64,000 nt of DNA from Octopus bimaculoides (taxonomy: Eukaryota): the NCBI RefSeq assembly GCF_001194135.2, contig NC_068986.1, positions 7,917,020 to 7,981,019 on the forward strand, given 5' to 3'. Shown here piece after piece: positions 1-12,512 of this stretch. Below the pieces are notes generated by a model. That model was not told the origin of the DNA and searched no databases. It saw only the letters and a list, made by a program, of their open reading frames with translations. The position numbers and the translations under genes are program-made. Each line of letters opens with the position of its first letter. The stretch's first letter is position 1.

Positions 1-25
1 ATATATATATATATATATACATATA

Positions 26-108
26 TACGACAAGCTTCTTTCAGTTTCTGTCTACCAAATCCACCCACAAGGCTTTGGTCGGCCCGATGCTAGAGTAGAA
101 GACACTTA
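26..108 (-). mobile_element. tRNA-derived CORE-like SINE (family A), central fragment
   Basis: Reverse complement reads agtgtcttctactctagcatcgggccgaccaaagccttgtgggtggatttggtagacagaaactgaaagaagc; homologous to the fuller copy at 50625-51000. Confidence 0.75.
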
Positions 109-129
109 TGTATACATATATATAGTTGG

Positions 130-290
130 AATTTACAAAAAAAATTAACAAAAGTCGAAGACGAGTGTGTAAACAACAAACAGATGTATTAGTTTAACGT
201 TCGGGAAGTGAGAAAGTCTTTTATGTTTCGAGCCTACGCTCTTCAACAGAAAGGAACACAGAAATAAACAGGGAGAGAAACTAGAAAAAA
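130..290 (-). mobile_element. Penelope-like terminal repeat fragment with hammerhead-like motif
   Basis: Minus strand 253-218 reads cttt-CTGTTGA-A-GAGC-gtag-GCTC-GAAAC-ATA-aaag; a second copy of the family lies at 36907-37050. Confidence 0.6.
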
Positions 291-2201
291 ATATATATGT
301 ATGTATATTTGATTAATAAGAGAGACACAGATGGAAGATATGAGAATTTCTATTAATCGCTACAATTGTTTCGACCAATCTAGCCTCGACCGCACACGGT
401 TGATATACTTGACAAAAGGCTGTGATTAATAAAAATTAACGTATCTTTTATCTTCCGTTTCTTTCATTATCCAAATACACAACGAACATTGAGAAATGAA
501 CTTGATTTACCAGTAAGCTACAAAGTATAAACCATACGATTTGTTATCCAATGGACCAGTCACTGGATAAGTTTGGCACAGAAATGTTAACATAGAGTGG
601 TGAATAAATCGATATATCGAATTTGAAGTCTTCTAACTACTTGTTTACTGAAAATTAGAAATCGTATTTAACACTGCTGTCACAATCAAACCGTGCAATT
701 AAAATTTGTGAATTATAACACTCGTCATATTATACTTTATCTCCAAAACTACTTCTCTCTAAAATATAACAATTCTTTTTCTCCTTTCATACAATATTTC
801 TGCCAAACACAACCAGCAATACTGTCCTACACCCATTAAATTAAATTAAATATCAGCAGACAATCTCCTCTCAGGAACCTATATGAATGATATATATATT
901 TTGTTAATTCCTGAATGTATATTGTTGTTAGCTAATACTAATTTCATTTTGATTTACAACCTATTATACTTATGGCACACACACTTAAACTAGTTGTAGA
1001 TTTATTTGGATATAATACACGTAAATGATAGTCATCGAGAGAACCACATTACAGAATACAATTAATTGTGAAATTTAGTTTTGTGTCTTTAATAGCACAA
1101 ACACAAATAACATCTCCAGCATATATAAAACCTCCAAACATTCAAATTAAGATAAATAATTTACTTCATTATTTTTTCTATGCACTTAAAGATACTTATT
1201 TACTTCTGTAAACACTTGTTCGTAGTTAACAACCTGCTTAAGCATAACAGCAATTATCGTACGTATAAAAATATAAATTAAAACCAACATTTTAATTGTT
1301 TTTTCAATCCCTTCATCTAAATAAAAACAAAAAGATCTACATATGTTTATAATTCTCCTAATTCAAATTTTCCAACATCGAGAATTTATAGCTTCGTATC
1401 ACTTCTATTTAAACTAAAAACGGAATATTGAATTGTTTTCGTTTACGAAACTCATCAGCAACATGTCAAAACTTACACATTTAATCAATAATAAAATAAT
1501 GAGAAACTTATAACTTTATCTCACACTTTTCTTGCTGTTACGACTTCTTCAGTGAAACAGACTTTTACACTTTCTCAATACAAAAATTCGGTCCTCTAAT
1601 TCATATCATTGGGAATATATCATCAACCATTTTGCAAGCTACGGCTATGTCTAGCAGACGAGTATCCATCACCGAAGATGACCAAAACGAGGTCAAAGTC
1701 ACGTGATCTAGTGGTGTCAGAGTTCTCCCCCTGTTTGCTATATAGATCGAGTGCACTGAATAACCAGCAAGAGGAGCAGTCCTCCTGCGGTTAAATAGCA
1801 GCAGCGAACACCTGCGTTTAGATGGCGATAAACATTACTTCTCATATTGTTTTTAATATTCCAATATTATAAGAAATAATAACGGTGTATTTTCATGACT
1901 TTCCTGAAATATTTGTAACTATGCCTTCTCCCTTGATGAAAAGACGCAAGGAATAATCATGAATTGCTAAAAATATTAGAAAGAAGGAATAAACTAATTG
2001 AATGAGTAAATTAGGTAAAGGAAAACATTTAGCATAACTCAGATATAGCTATAAGAAAACCACAACAGAGAGGGGTGGGAGTGTATTCACTTATAAAATA
2101 TGCAGAGTAAAAATGACGGTTCCGGGGGGAAAAAAAACCTAAATATTTCAATGCAAGCTGAATATGACACAGAGAAACATCCTTATATGATAACACACAT
2201 A

Positions 2202-2203
<2 letters not shown>

Positions 2204-2259
<56 letters not shown>

Positions 2260-3060
2260 NNNNNNNNNNNNNNNNNNNNNNNNNNNNNNNNNNNNNNNNN
2301 NNNNNNNNNNNNNNNNNNNNNNNNNNNNNNNNNNNNNNNNNNNNNNNNNNNNNNNNNNNNNNNNNNNNNNNNNNNNNNNNNNNNNNNNNNNNNNNNNNNN
2401 NNNNNNNNNNNNNNNNNNNNNNNNNNNNNNNNNNNNNNNNNNNNNNNNNNNNNNNNNNNNNNNNNNNNNNNNNNNNNNNNNNNNNNNNNNNNNNNNNNNN
2501 NNNNNNNNNNNNNNNNNNNNNNNNNNNNNNNNNNNNNNNNNNNNNNNNNNNNNNNNNNNNNNNNNNNNNNNNNNNNNNNNNNNNNNNNNNNNNNNNNNNN
2601 NNNNNNNNNNNNNNNNNNNNNNNNNNNNNNNNNNNNNNNNNNNNNNNNNNNNNNNNNNNNNNNNNNNNNNNNNNNNNNNNNNNNNNNNNNNNNNNNNNNN
2701 NNNNNNNNNNNNNNNNNNNNNNNNNNNNNNNNNNNNNNNNNNNNNNNNNNNNNNNNNNNNNNNNNNNNNNNNNNNNNNNNNNNNNNNNNNNNNNNNNNNN
2801 NNNNNNNNNNNNNNNNNNNNNNNNNNNNNNNNNNNNNNNNNNNNNNNNNNNNNNNNNNNNNNNNNNNNNNNNNNNNNNNNNNNNNNNNNNNNNNNNNNNN
2901 NNNNNNNNNNNNNNNNNNNNNNNNNNNNNNNNNNNNNNNNNNNNNNNNNNNNNNNNNNNNNNNNNNNNNNNNNNNNNNNNNNATATATATATATATATAC
3001 ATATATATGCATGTGTACACACACATACACACATAGATATGTATACATACATACATATGT
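2204..3060. repeat. (AC)n and (AT)n microsatellites flanking assembly gap 2260-2982
   Basis: Read directly from the sequence. Confidence 0.95.
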
Positions 3061-3460
3061 GTATGTGTGTTTGTATAGGAGTGAGTGGACGAATGAAAGA
3101 AAAACTCAGTCAAGGTATTCAGTAGGAGTTACATATATTATGTTGTAAAACAGTTTGGTGCAGACACATGCGACTTAAAATATTGCAGGTTTCTAACAGA
3201 GACCATAACCATTCAAACACAGATTACCGAATGGAAGAATACAGGCAGATCAAGTTGGCTACAGAAAAAACACACATACACACACTAATACAACCAATAA
3301 CACACCCACACCTACACACTCTTATATCTGGTATATATGCCACACATATGCACACACAGTTGCCAGCCTTGTTTCTGTCGGCTTCCATTCGGTAATCTGA
3401 GTTTGAACGAGCTACGTTTCATTTAGAAGCCAGTCAAATGCAATCGAATCGAACTGCTTT

Positions 3461-3479
3461 AAATAATAATACTTATAAA

Positions 3480-3522
<43 letters not shown>

Positions 3523-3651
3523 GCAATAATAATACCAATAATAATAATAATAATAATAATGCATGTATATATGTATTCATATATACATATATAAGTGTGT
3601 GTGTGAATGTGTGAGCACGTACGTACGTGTGTGTATGTGATGTGTGTGTAT

Positions 3652-3697
<46 letters not shown>

Positions 3698-3700
3698 GTA
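3461..3700. repeat. (AAT)n followed by (TG)n microsatellites
   Basis: Read directly from the sequence. Confidence 0.95.
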
Positions 3701-4319
3701 CAAACATGCATTCACACATTCATACATACCTAACGAAGCTACCAAAGTTTAGTTTCGACTTCTCCCAACAATGGGAATATATCTACGTATAACCAATTAT
3801 AAGTAAAATAAAGCGATATCTTTCCTTTGAAAATTTCTTACTCTAACAACAATTTCTTTCGTCAGAAGGAAGCAATAAAATCTAATCCCAAAAATAAGAC
3901 AATTATTATTCACATAATAAAGCATCTATAGAAAACACGAGATAGCTATAGAAAATGCTGCTTGTCATTTCTCTCGTTATGTGAAGACGGAAATCTTATA
4001 CAAGTGATATGTGCAAAGCAATATTGAATTTCTTACTCTAGCTTTTCTATTTTCTAATTGGTACAGTGCATTTGCACGTTAACAATACTGGGCAGCAGTA
4101 GATTCTATTGAATTAACTCAAAGAGTATTGCCTCTACTAATGTTAAGGACGCTGGGGGTGCTAGAGTGGCTTGAATGCAAACTTGACATCGAGTATATCG
4201 TGAATAAGAGCGAAAGCTGTTTTATCTATCGAGACTCTATTATTCACCCACTCTCTATGGCCACCGGCACATACATTTTAATAGCTGAATAGCTATCAAA
4301 AACCAACAACAGCATTAGC

Positions 4320-4401
4320 AACCTTAATAATAACCATCGACAACAACGACGACGACGACAACAACAACAACTACGACAACAACAACAACAACAACAACGG
4401 C

Positions 4402-4447
<46 letters not shown>
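4320..4447. repeat. Compound (CAA/CGA)n-(AAT)n microsatellite
   Basis: Read directly from the sequence. Confidence 0.95.
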
Positions 4448-4449
<2 letters not shown>

Positions 4450-4550
4450 GCAAACGTAAACAGACTCTGTATGCAAAGAAAGAATGGTGGCAGAGGACTA
4501 ATTAGTATAGACCATTGTATAAGGAGTGAAAGGAGCGCGCTTGCTGAATA
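4447..4550 (+). mobile_element. R4/Dong-like LINE, post-RT fragment
   Basis: Translates KANVNRLCMQRKNGGRGLISIDHCIRSERSALAEYL, matching the RLY..RK.GGRGL.SI motif that follows the RT in R4-clade elements; starts directly after an (AAT)n tract. Confidence 0.7.
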
Positions 4551-4602
4551 TTTGTGATGTTGTTGATTGACGATGTCTACCGAGGGCTTGTACTGTCTGT
4601 CA

Positions 4603-4609
4603 AGTCACA

Positions 4610-4640
<31 letters not shown>

Positions 4641-4722
4641 GAGTGAAAGAGCAATACATGCCATCAAAGTGACACTGGGGTAAAATATACGAAGCCCAGT
4701 TTACCCATCATGACTACGTTCT
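4603..4722 (-). mobile_element. 3' tail of a retroelement ending in (AAT)n on the minus strand
   Basis: Minus strand reads gtagtcatgatgggtaaactgggcttcgtatattttaccccagtgtcactttgatggcatg...ctcaataataataat; looks like a dispersed LINE/SINE 3' end. Family not assigned. Confidence 0.5.
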
Positions 4723-4724
4723 TG

Positions 4725-5175
4725 AAGATGTTGACCATCAGATCAGATCAGACAGTGGAAACCTGACGTTGCTGTGGTGAACAAAAGAAAAAAAATAGAA
4801 GAAAAAACCTGCATAATGATCGACAAAGCATGTTCCGGTGACAAAAGGATAAAAAAGAGAAAACAGAAGAAAAACTAAACATCTATGAGAATTTTAAGTG
4901 AGAAATACGCAGGTTGTGAGCAATGAAGAGAGTGGACCAGATACCAGTAGTAATGAGTGCACTTTGAAGTATCAGCACTCAACTACCAACGTGGCTCAAA
5001 ATATGATTGGCGCAAATGTAATGACAGAACACTAACAAGAATCAAAAATCATCATTGCTTGGAACTACAAGAGTTCTCCGCAGGATTCTTGAAGCATGAT
5101 CAGTAAAACAATGTCACCTTAGTCTTCTGGCTGCAGACAGCTGAAACTTTACACTTTACCCAGCAAAATAAACCC
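4725..5175 (+). mobile_element. R4/Dong-like LINE 3' end (restriction-like endonuclease domain), degraded
   Basis: Frameshifted translation DHQIRSDSG(K)PDVAVVNKRKK..KTCIMIDKACSGDKRI..EEKLNIYENFK*EIRRL*AMKRVDQIPVVMSAL...LLGTTRVLRRILEA*, fitting the PD..D RLE motif and IPVV.GALG...LLGT..ILR terminus. Confidence 0.8.
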
Positions 5176-5316
5176 CACTGGTACTTATTTTATCCACCCT
5201 AGAAGGATCAAAAGCAGAGTCAACCACAGCAGCATTTGAAATCAAAACGTAAAGACGGACGAAATTGTGTTAAGCACTTTACCCGGCGTGGTAACAATTA
5301 TGCCGGCATACCATCT
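5176..5316 (-). mobile_element. tRNA-derived SINE (family B)
   Basis: Contains ctggtacttattttatccaccctagaaggat...gagtcaacc, homologous to copies at 5345, 9432, 20625, 29980, 38285 and 60477. Confidence 0.75.
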
Positions 5317-5344
5317 TTAGAATGATAATAATAATCCTTTCTAC

Positions 5345-5482
5345 TATAGGCACAAGGCCTGAAATTTTTGGGAGAGGATGTGTCGATTATATCGACCCAG
5401 TGTTCCACTGGTATTTATTTGATCGACCCCGAAAGGATGAAAAGCCGAGTCTACCTCAGCAGAATTTGAACTCAGAACGTGG
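5345..5482 (-). mobile_element. tRNA-derived SINE (family B)
   Basis: Minus strand has B-box ctgagttcaaattctgctgaggtagac followed by body ttcatcctttcggggtcgatcaaataaataccagt. Confidence 0.8.
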
Positions 5483-5485
<3 letters not shown>

Positions 5486-5573
<88 letters not shown>

Positions 5574-5600
5574 AAGAAGAAGAAGAAGGAGAAGAAGAAG
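5486..5600. repeat. Compound (AAT)n-(AAG)n microsatellite
   Basis: Read directly from the sequence. Confidence 0.95.
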
Positions 5601-6118
5601 ACAATATAACTATAGCAATGTATAGTAGTCAGTCTATCAACTTAACATTTACGATTGTCCAACAAAACATGTCAGTTACTTCATATAATGTTCGTTACAT
5701 TTAACATGGAAGGTTGTGTGAAGTATTTCTTGCTAACTGTATTTTTATTGATTACACACTGAATTCATTGGACAAAACCTTTTCTGGTCTTCGCTTTGAG
5801 ACAAGCAAACAATTAGAAGAATGTTTATCTGATTGCAACAAACATGATCGGACTGCTGTAATATAAATATCCCTCACAGATGTACATACAAGTCGATCTA
5901 ACAAGGTAATAAGCGTAGCATTTTTAGTCATTCATATAATGACGGATTTCGATTAAACTGGAGAAATCTTTAGAGAATATGAATTTAGTAATATAATGCA
6001 ACAAGTTAATGGAATTGGATTTATGCTATGAAAATGAGTTATTTCTCCTTAGTAAACGATATACTTACTGCCCCTCTCTCCCTCTCCCCTTCTCTTGCTC
6101 CGTATATATACACACACA

Positions 6119-6190
6119 CAGGGTGATGGAAAAGTAGGTATACAGCTATGAAAAAGGAAAACACGTACAATACTCATTTGTTTTTATCAA
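6119..6190. mobile_element. Solitary Tc1/mariner-type terminal inverted repeat
   Basis: cagggtgatggaaaagtaggtatacag resembles the CAGGGTG..AAAAGTAGG ends of Tc1/mariner elements; no partner end found. Confidence 0.4.
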
Positions 6191-6337
6191 AAAAATTCAA
6201 AGTTACGACGGAAGTATTATCATAGTTATGATAAATGTATCATAATTAATGACACAGAAAATATCAAAAATGAGAGTAACTAATTTAATTTGCTAATAAT
6301 TTTAATGAATTAAGTATTATAACATTGATATGAGACT

Positions 6338-6425
<88 letters not shown>

Positions 6426-7599
6426 GTCAGAATGAGGGTATTTAAACCCCTTATAGGGATATTTTATCCAAGATACATGAGCTTAAAATATTATATTTCT
6501 TCAATGAATATATTACATCGTAAAATATCAACCATTATATGTGTGCATACATATACATATACACATAGTAAACATGTCTATACATTCTTAGTATTCCAAA
6601 CGTATTTTAATGTAATTCTTGTATTGTCCTTTGATGATTTTCCAAAGAAGGCATTTCAAATGCAAAATTATATATTTATATACGTTTAGTAATTTTAATT
6701 TTGTTTGTGAAATGAAACAACTGCAGGAAAATATATTGATATATTTATTTTTTATCCTTTAAATTAATTTGTATATATATAGCGATTAAGAAAGTCAGAA
6801 AGGTTTAGTGTCTTAATTACGTTGATTAATATTTTTAAAAAGCGCTTCGAAAGAGATAAGAATCTAGAAGCAGTTAACTATCTCAGTAAGTACAGAAATA
6901 TACAAAATTAAAATATGGTGGCGACAAGAACTGACTAATGCATGTTATACAATAAGAACATTATCAGCAGAGAGACATTGGAAGCGGAACTTGGAATATG
7001 TCAGTTGTTTTCTTTTACGAAAACCATGTTTCATTGATATAGCTAATTTCCAGCTTATCGGTACTTATTATGTTTACACGGTGAAGCACAAATTACAAGC
7101 TGATATTTTGTAGACGGAGACTAAAAGGAAATTATGTGTCAGCACAAATGGAATATAGTAACATGTAATAAATATAAAAATTACACGGATGCATCTTTAT
7201 TTAGCAAATAATCATTCTGTGGAACCGGTGCTATTAAATCACTAACCAGATGTTTGAGGGAAAATAAACATGTCTAAATTCTCTCACGCAAACGTGATTA
7301 TCATATGAAAGAAATGCTAAAACTTTTAGATTTTTTGCAGCAAAAAGATGAATACACACACACACAGACACACACAGAGACACACACACACACACAGACA
7401 GACAGACACACACACACACAGACACACACACACACACACATACATACATACAAACCAGAAAGGAGAATGCTGATTCGAAGAGTAATGATCCGATTCATCA
7501 TTCGAACTGAAAAAGTCTGTAAAACCTTCCAGAAGTGTATCATTTAATCACATATAATAATGTCTAAATAAGCAACCATATTATTTTTATTATGGTTTC

Positions 7600-7935
7600 C
7601 TTTCATTATGACTTTATTTCAGCTGCCTTAGTACCGGGCATCCTCCGGAGGCCAAGTGTAACAAGGGCACTTTTGTTTTGCTATGCATGCTAAAATTATC
7701 ACCACATTTATTCCAATTTAGATGGAGAGTGCTGTCTATAGTGTATGGGCTGTAGCCATCAAGGCTATCTTTTGTAGTTCACAGAGATTGGAGTTACCAG
7801 GGTGTTGCTTAATATACTTCTCAGCTCCCTTCTTTATCGTTCCCAACGCACCAATTTCTACTGCTATACACACCATACTATTGTTGCCACATTTTTGCGA
7901 TTTCAATTTGCAGATCTTTATAGTGAGAAAGCTAT
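7600..7935 (-). mobile_element. R4/Dong-like LINE extreme 3' end
   Basis: ORF 7736..8107(-) ends AVEIGALGTIKKGAEKYIKQHPGNSNLCELQKIALMATAHTL, then ALSI* after a frameshift; typical R4-clade C-terminus, followed by a short 3' UTR and A/T-rich tail. Confidence 0.85.
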
Positions 7936-8243
7936 TCGTATTCCTTTCTTGAGACATTTTGATGTTGTATGAAGTTATATCTATCAACAGACAAGTTCCT
8001 CTGTTGTCGTACTTCATCACGACATCATGGTATGTATATAGTATGTTTGTATTTTTGTATGCAGTGTAAATTAACGAAATATAAGCAAATGAACGAAACA
8101 GAAGCACATGTATGGTACTGCTAATTTAACAGTAAATGCTACAATAATTTTTACAGAGAGACAAAGAATTATATATATATATATATATATANNNNNNNNN
8201 NNNNNNNNNNNNNNNNNNNNNNNNNNNNNNNNNNNNNNNNNNN

Positions 8244-8490
8244 GTGAAAGCACGTGGTTGGATGTAAAAAACTACAGAAGGCTTGTATTGGTCTTCTGTG
8301 GCATTTTCGGTTCTTTTCAGACTGGAGCGAACACGTTACAATGAAGTAGAGAAATTTGAAAAGACAACACGAAACCGGTTATTTCTCAAAATACAATGTT
8401 TATATACCAAACAGATTTTATAACATTTTTCTGACATAATTTAAATATATACTTTAACCATGTAACACAAGCCTTCTGTAGTTTTTTCAC
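8244..8490 (+). mobile_element. Penelope-like terminal repeat remnant with a 21-bp inverted duplication
   Basis: aaaaaactacagaaggcttgt (8266-8286) is perfectly inverted at 8467-8487; an eroded TGAAG...GAAACCGG motif lies at 8342-8378. Confidence 0.45.
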
Positions 8491-8496
8491 TCTTAT

Positions 8497-8529
<33 letters not shown>

Positions 8530-8719
8530 GGATAAATTTGCAATTGCTGCGATAATTATTATCTGGTAATGGAACAGTAAATGTGTATTTTTATACATAC
8601 CTTGGGCGTTGCCAACTCATTGCTGTTTTCAAGAGTTACGCCTCAAGAACTCACGTACGTATATTCAGGCATGTCAGTCGTCACATATCTATATATAGAG
8701 ATAGATGTGTGTGTGTGCG

Positions 8720-8748
8720 TGTGTCTAATAATGTACTTAAGGCAGAAA

Positions 8749-8797
<49 letters not shown>

Positions 8798-9135
8798 TGA
8801 GAATACACACTCACACATTTACACACATACACTCACAGACAGTTAGACAGTCACATACAAAATGTGATGCAAGGACATCTATGAAATGATATATTGTTTT
8901 AATCGCAATGAAAATAAAATTTCGTATTGACACTGACCAGCCCTTACATACATATAATGTGTTTAATAGCGTACCTAACGTGGAAAGACACACACTCACT
9001 GTGAGACATATACACACTCATACACTCACACACATACATTCACAGACAGATATACAATCATATAGAAAATGTGTTGTCGTCTCGTCGTTGTGGTTAACCA
9101 ACCCTCACATACATATAGTGTGTTTAATAACGTGG
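8720..9135. repeat. Imperfect ~230-bp tandem duplication containing CA tracts
   Basis: gtgt(c/t)taata..gtac.taa...gaaagacacaca...cacagacag...aaaatgtg recurs at ~8720 and ~8948; ccct.acatacatata.tgtgtttaata.cgt recurs at ~8941 and ~9102. Confidence 0.6.
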
Positions 9136-9239
9136 TTAGAATTAAAAGTAAAAGTATAAAAGTGAAACAATATTTCACATTACAATATAGATGTGATTCT
9201 TTCACTTTTATTGCAATATAGATATTATTCTCTTACTTT

Positions 9240-9432
9240 CATTCTTTGAAATTTGACACGTAATACGAAACCAGTACCAATAGTGCATTGTTTTAATCCA
9301 AAAAAATTATATGTTGACACTCACGGGTTCTGATAATATTACCATGTAAAATTTGATTTGATTTGGTTTAGCCGTTTGAGAATGCATTGAGAACAGATAG
9401 AGAGACAAAGGATTATATATTGAGAGAGATTA
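9240..9432 (+). mobile_element. Non-autonomous Helitron-like (HINE/DINE-type) end
   Basis: gtaaaatttgatttgatttggtttagccgtttgagaatgcattgagaacagatagagagacaaaggattatatattgagagagat resembles the aaattt..atcgg.tcagccgtt...acagacaga..ttatatat..agat layout of such elements. Confidence 0.4.
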
Positions 9433-9585
9433 AACAGCGTTTCGTCCGTCCTCTCGCTCTGAGTCCTAATTTCACCGAGGCCAACTTTGCCTTTCATCTT
9501 TTCGGGGTCGATAAATTAAATACCAGTTAAGTACTGGAGTCGATGTAATTGACTATCCCACTCCCCCAATTTTCAGGCCAAGAAA
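9432..9585 (+). mobile_element. tRNA-derived SINE (family B)
   Basis: ctctgagtcctaatttcaccgaggccaactttgcctttcatcttttcggggtcgataaattaaataccagtt. Confidence 0.8.
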
Positions 9586-10457
9586 CTACAACTTTCAAAC
9601 ACATTAAACCTTATGTACAACCGTATCGGTAAATCAATTCAATAAACAAATTACAACCAACTCCTAAATACGTAACTAAACAGCGAACAATCCATTAAGG
9701 TATACAAAAATTTTAATCCCTACCGTCTTCAATACCTTAATATAAAAGTGAAAGCTTAATGACCACATTCATTCAATCAATCAATTTATAGGCACGATTA
9801 AACAGTAACTTTAATAAAACTACAACAAAGAAACATATAAACAAATGTATATGTATACATACATGCAAATAGGTGAAAGATAGACATGCTCAGTATAGAA
9901 AACATGTTATAATACTCAAATGAATTGAACTTCAACTCCGAATTCTTCATCCAGGACTGTATGTATGTATATGTATGTATGGGTCTATCGGCATCGCTAT
10001 CTCAATATAATTGCGCACACACACTCACACATATATATTTGCATGTATGTATGTATGTATGTATGTATGTATGTATGTATGTATGTGCGCATGTATGTAC
10101 GTGTGTATGTACATGTGTGTGTGTGCGTATTACATGTTTATGTACACTGATGTATGTCATTGGCTGTTTGTAAGATTTAATAACTTTAATACTATTATTT
10201 ATAGACAAAACGAAAGTGAAATATTGTAAGGCAGCAATACTTCAAGTCGCCAGCTGTGAAGAACTGCTGCCAACGTCTGACGTCTCTGGTTCTACGTTAA
10301 GGTCACAGCTGAATAATACTGGCCACCCGAACTACAATCCCTTACATCTAACGCTATACAGCGAAATAAATAAATAATTTTACACTGTGCTATGTGTATG
10401 CATATGCACGTGCGATGCATGTGATTATATATATATATATATATAATTAATTTTTTA

Positions 10458-10547
<90 letters not shown>

Positions 10548-11148
10548 GCGTGCGTGTGTATTGTTTCTGTGGTTGTGAATGTCAGAGTGAATCAGTTCTA
10601 AAGCAAAGCATTGATGGGATATCGTTCATTGATTAAATATTCTAATGTTGCCAATACAGCTTTGCAGTTTAAAGATGAACAAGCTTAAGGTTAAAGATCG
10701 ACTTTCATATAAAATTGAAGTATTTATTCATACACTCCTAAACACAAACACTCGCACGCATATGCACAAACACACGCGCACACATACCCACACACACACA
10801 CACCAAAAAAATACACAGATACATACAAAAACACACGCGCACAAACAATATAAAAAAATACACGCGTGCGTATTGCAAGAACGAAGTTGGAATAGCTCTT
10901 AATCCCTGAATTTAGCGAAATGATCAAAGAATGTCTTGTTCAGATTGTATAATGAAAAAGAAAACGCTAAAATATGAAAATGCAACGATATAAAATAATA
11001 GTTTTAATAATACTCAGCGTAAAGGCTTACTTTTACTATCATCATATTTACTTCATTATTATCATTTCAATTCCCATTATTATTAAGAATGGAACATTCC
11101 CTCACAAGAAATACATCGCACAAGTGCACACTCCACACGCACACACAC

Positions 11149-11193
<45 letters not shown>

Positions 11194-12389
11194 ATCACAG
11201 AATTCATTGATGTTTTACGAAAATTTAAAAGTGATTTGTAATCAAAGAAAATGTATATTGTTCAAATGTGTATTGTTACAGTGGCCCATGTCGAAATATA
11301 TAAAATTATTTCCCATTCTGTTCCATTTTATGTTGCCTACAAATGGACCCACATTCATTAGCTGTGCTATGTTTTGGAAGACTTTCTCTAGAAAAATAGA
11401 ATACTCTTTATTGGTGTGCTTAATAGTTCTATGGGTTTTTTTTTATACATGCAATATCCCTGGACATTGCACGAATGATCACCTGCCCAACTCTCAAAAA
11501 TAGATTCCATAAACTGCGTTAGATTCATTTGAACAAACGGAAATATATTTTATAATGTTTTGATTCTTAAAAACATATGGACGATTATTTCAATTTCTAA
11601 AGTTCAGATGTTTTTAACAGTGTATTACGGTTTTTGACATAAGAATAGTAAATCACAAACAAAAAAATTGGATGAAAAAGGTTAATTGCATGACTACTTG
11701 TATATATTCTATCGAAACAGAAGGTAAGCATTGAATAGATACATTATAATAGTATACAAACGCATTGAACTCTGTAACAGCTTGAATAAGGCGTGGCACT
11801 TTGTGAGACATTGAAACATTGTGCCATTTAACCTATATATTTGAAATTTGAATATATAATTAGGTAATTAGCATATTTCGTTAGACATGGACCAGAGTGA
11901 GGTTGTTAATAACTCAGGTTAGTACAGTTTCACAGATGGTATCTTGTCAGTGGCGTCTTTTTTGGTGTTGTCCAGTAACAGTAGTTCAGATCTTTCACTT
12001 CCGTTTATTAATTAAACGAACTGAATTATTTTTCGACAACTTATATATATATGATGAAAACTGCATTTACATAAGTTTACTCTTGAAAGTAGTGAATAAC
12101 ATACATTTGAATCGTGTATAAAGTGGAAACCATATGAAGTCTGTTATCTTTACGCTTTTAGTTAATTTAGTTATACAAATTTACAAGAGATGGGTTTACA
12201 TTCACAAATATTTTTAGTGAAATTGCACAGTACTTTTCGTTTTATTTTAAGAAATCTTTTGTCGTAGTAATAATGGCAGAATAAATTGTCCGTTAAAGAT
12301 AATTGTTTCGCAAGAAACTTTAAAATGTAACTAGTTTTGTATATGAGATGATGAGATACGCATATATGTGAATATTTGTTATGTGATAT

Positions 12390-12406
12390 CTGTCTGTCTG
12401 TCTCTC

Positions 12407-12503
<97 letters not shown>

Positions 12504-12512
12504 CTATCTATT
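12390..12512. repeat. (CT)n-(CTAT)n microsatellite
   Basis: Read directly from the sequence. Confidence 0.95.

Noticed and set aside
2029-3125. Long ORFs spanning N-runs (also at 24.5-25.4, 25.8-26.4, 35.2-36.0, 36.5-36.9, 39.6-40.1 and 60.6-61.1 kb)
   Set aside because: Open only because N codons and dinucleotide repeats lack stops.
3459-3792. HT/CV/I/L/N/K/YI homopolymer-like ORFs throughout the window
   Set aside because: Translations of microsatellites, with no coding evidence.
7722-7952. Hydrophobic plus-strand ORF
   Set aside because: Antisense shadow of the R4-like LINE 3' end.
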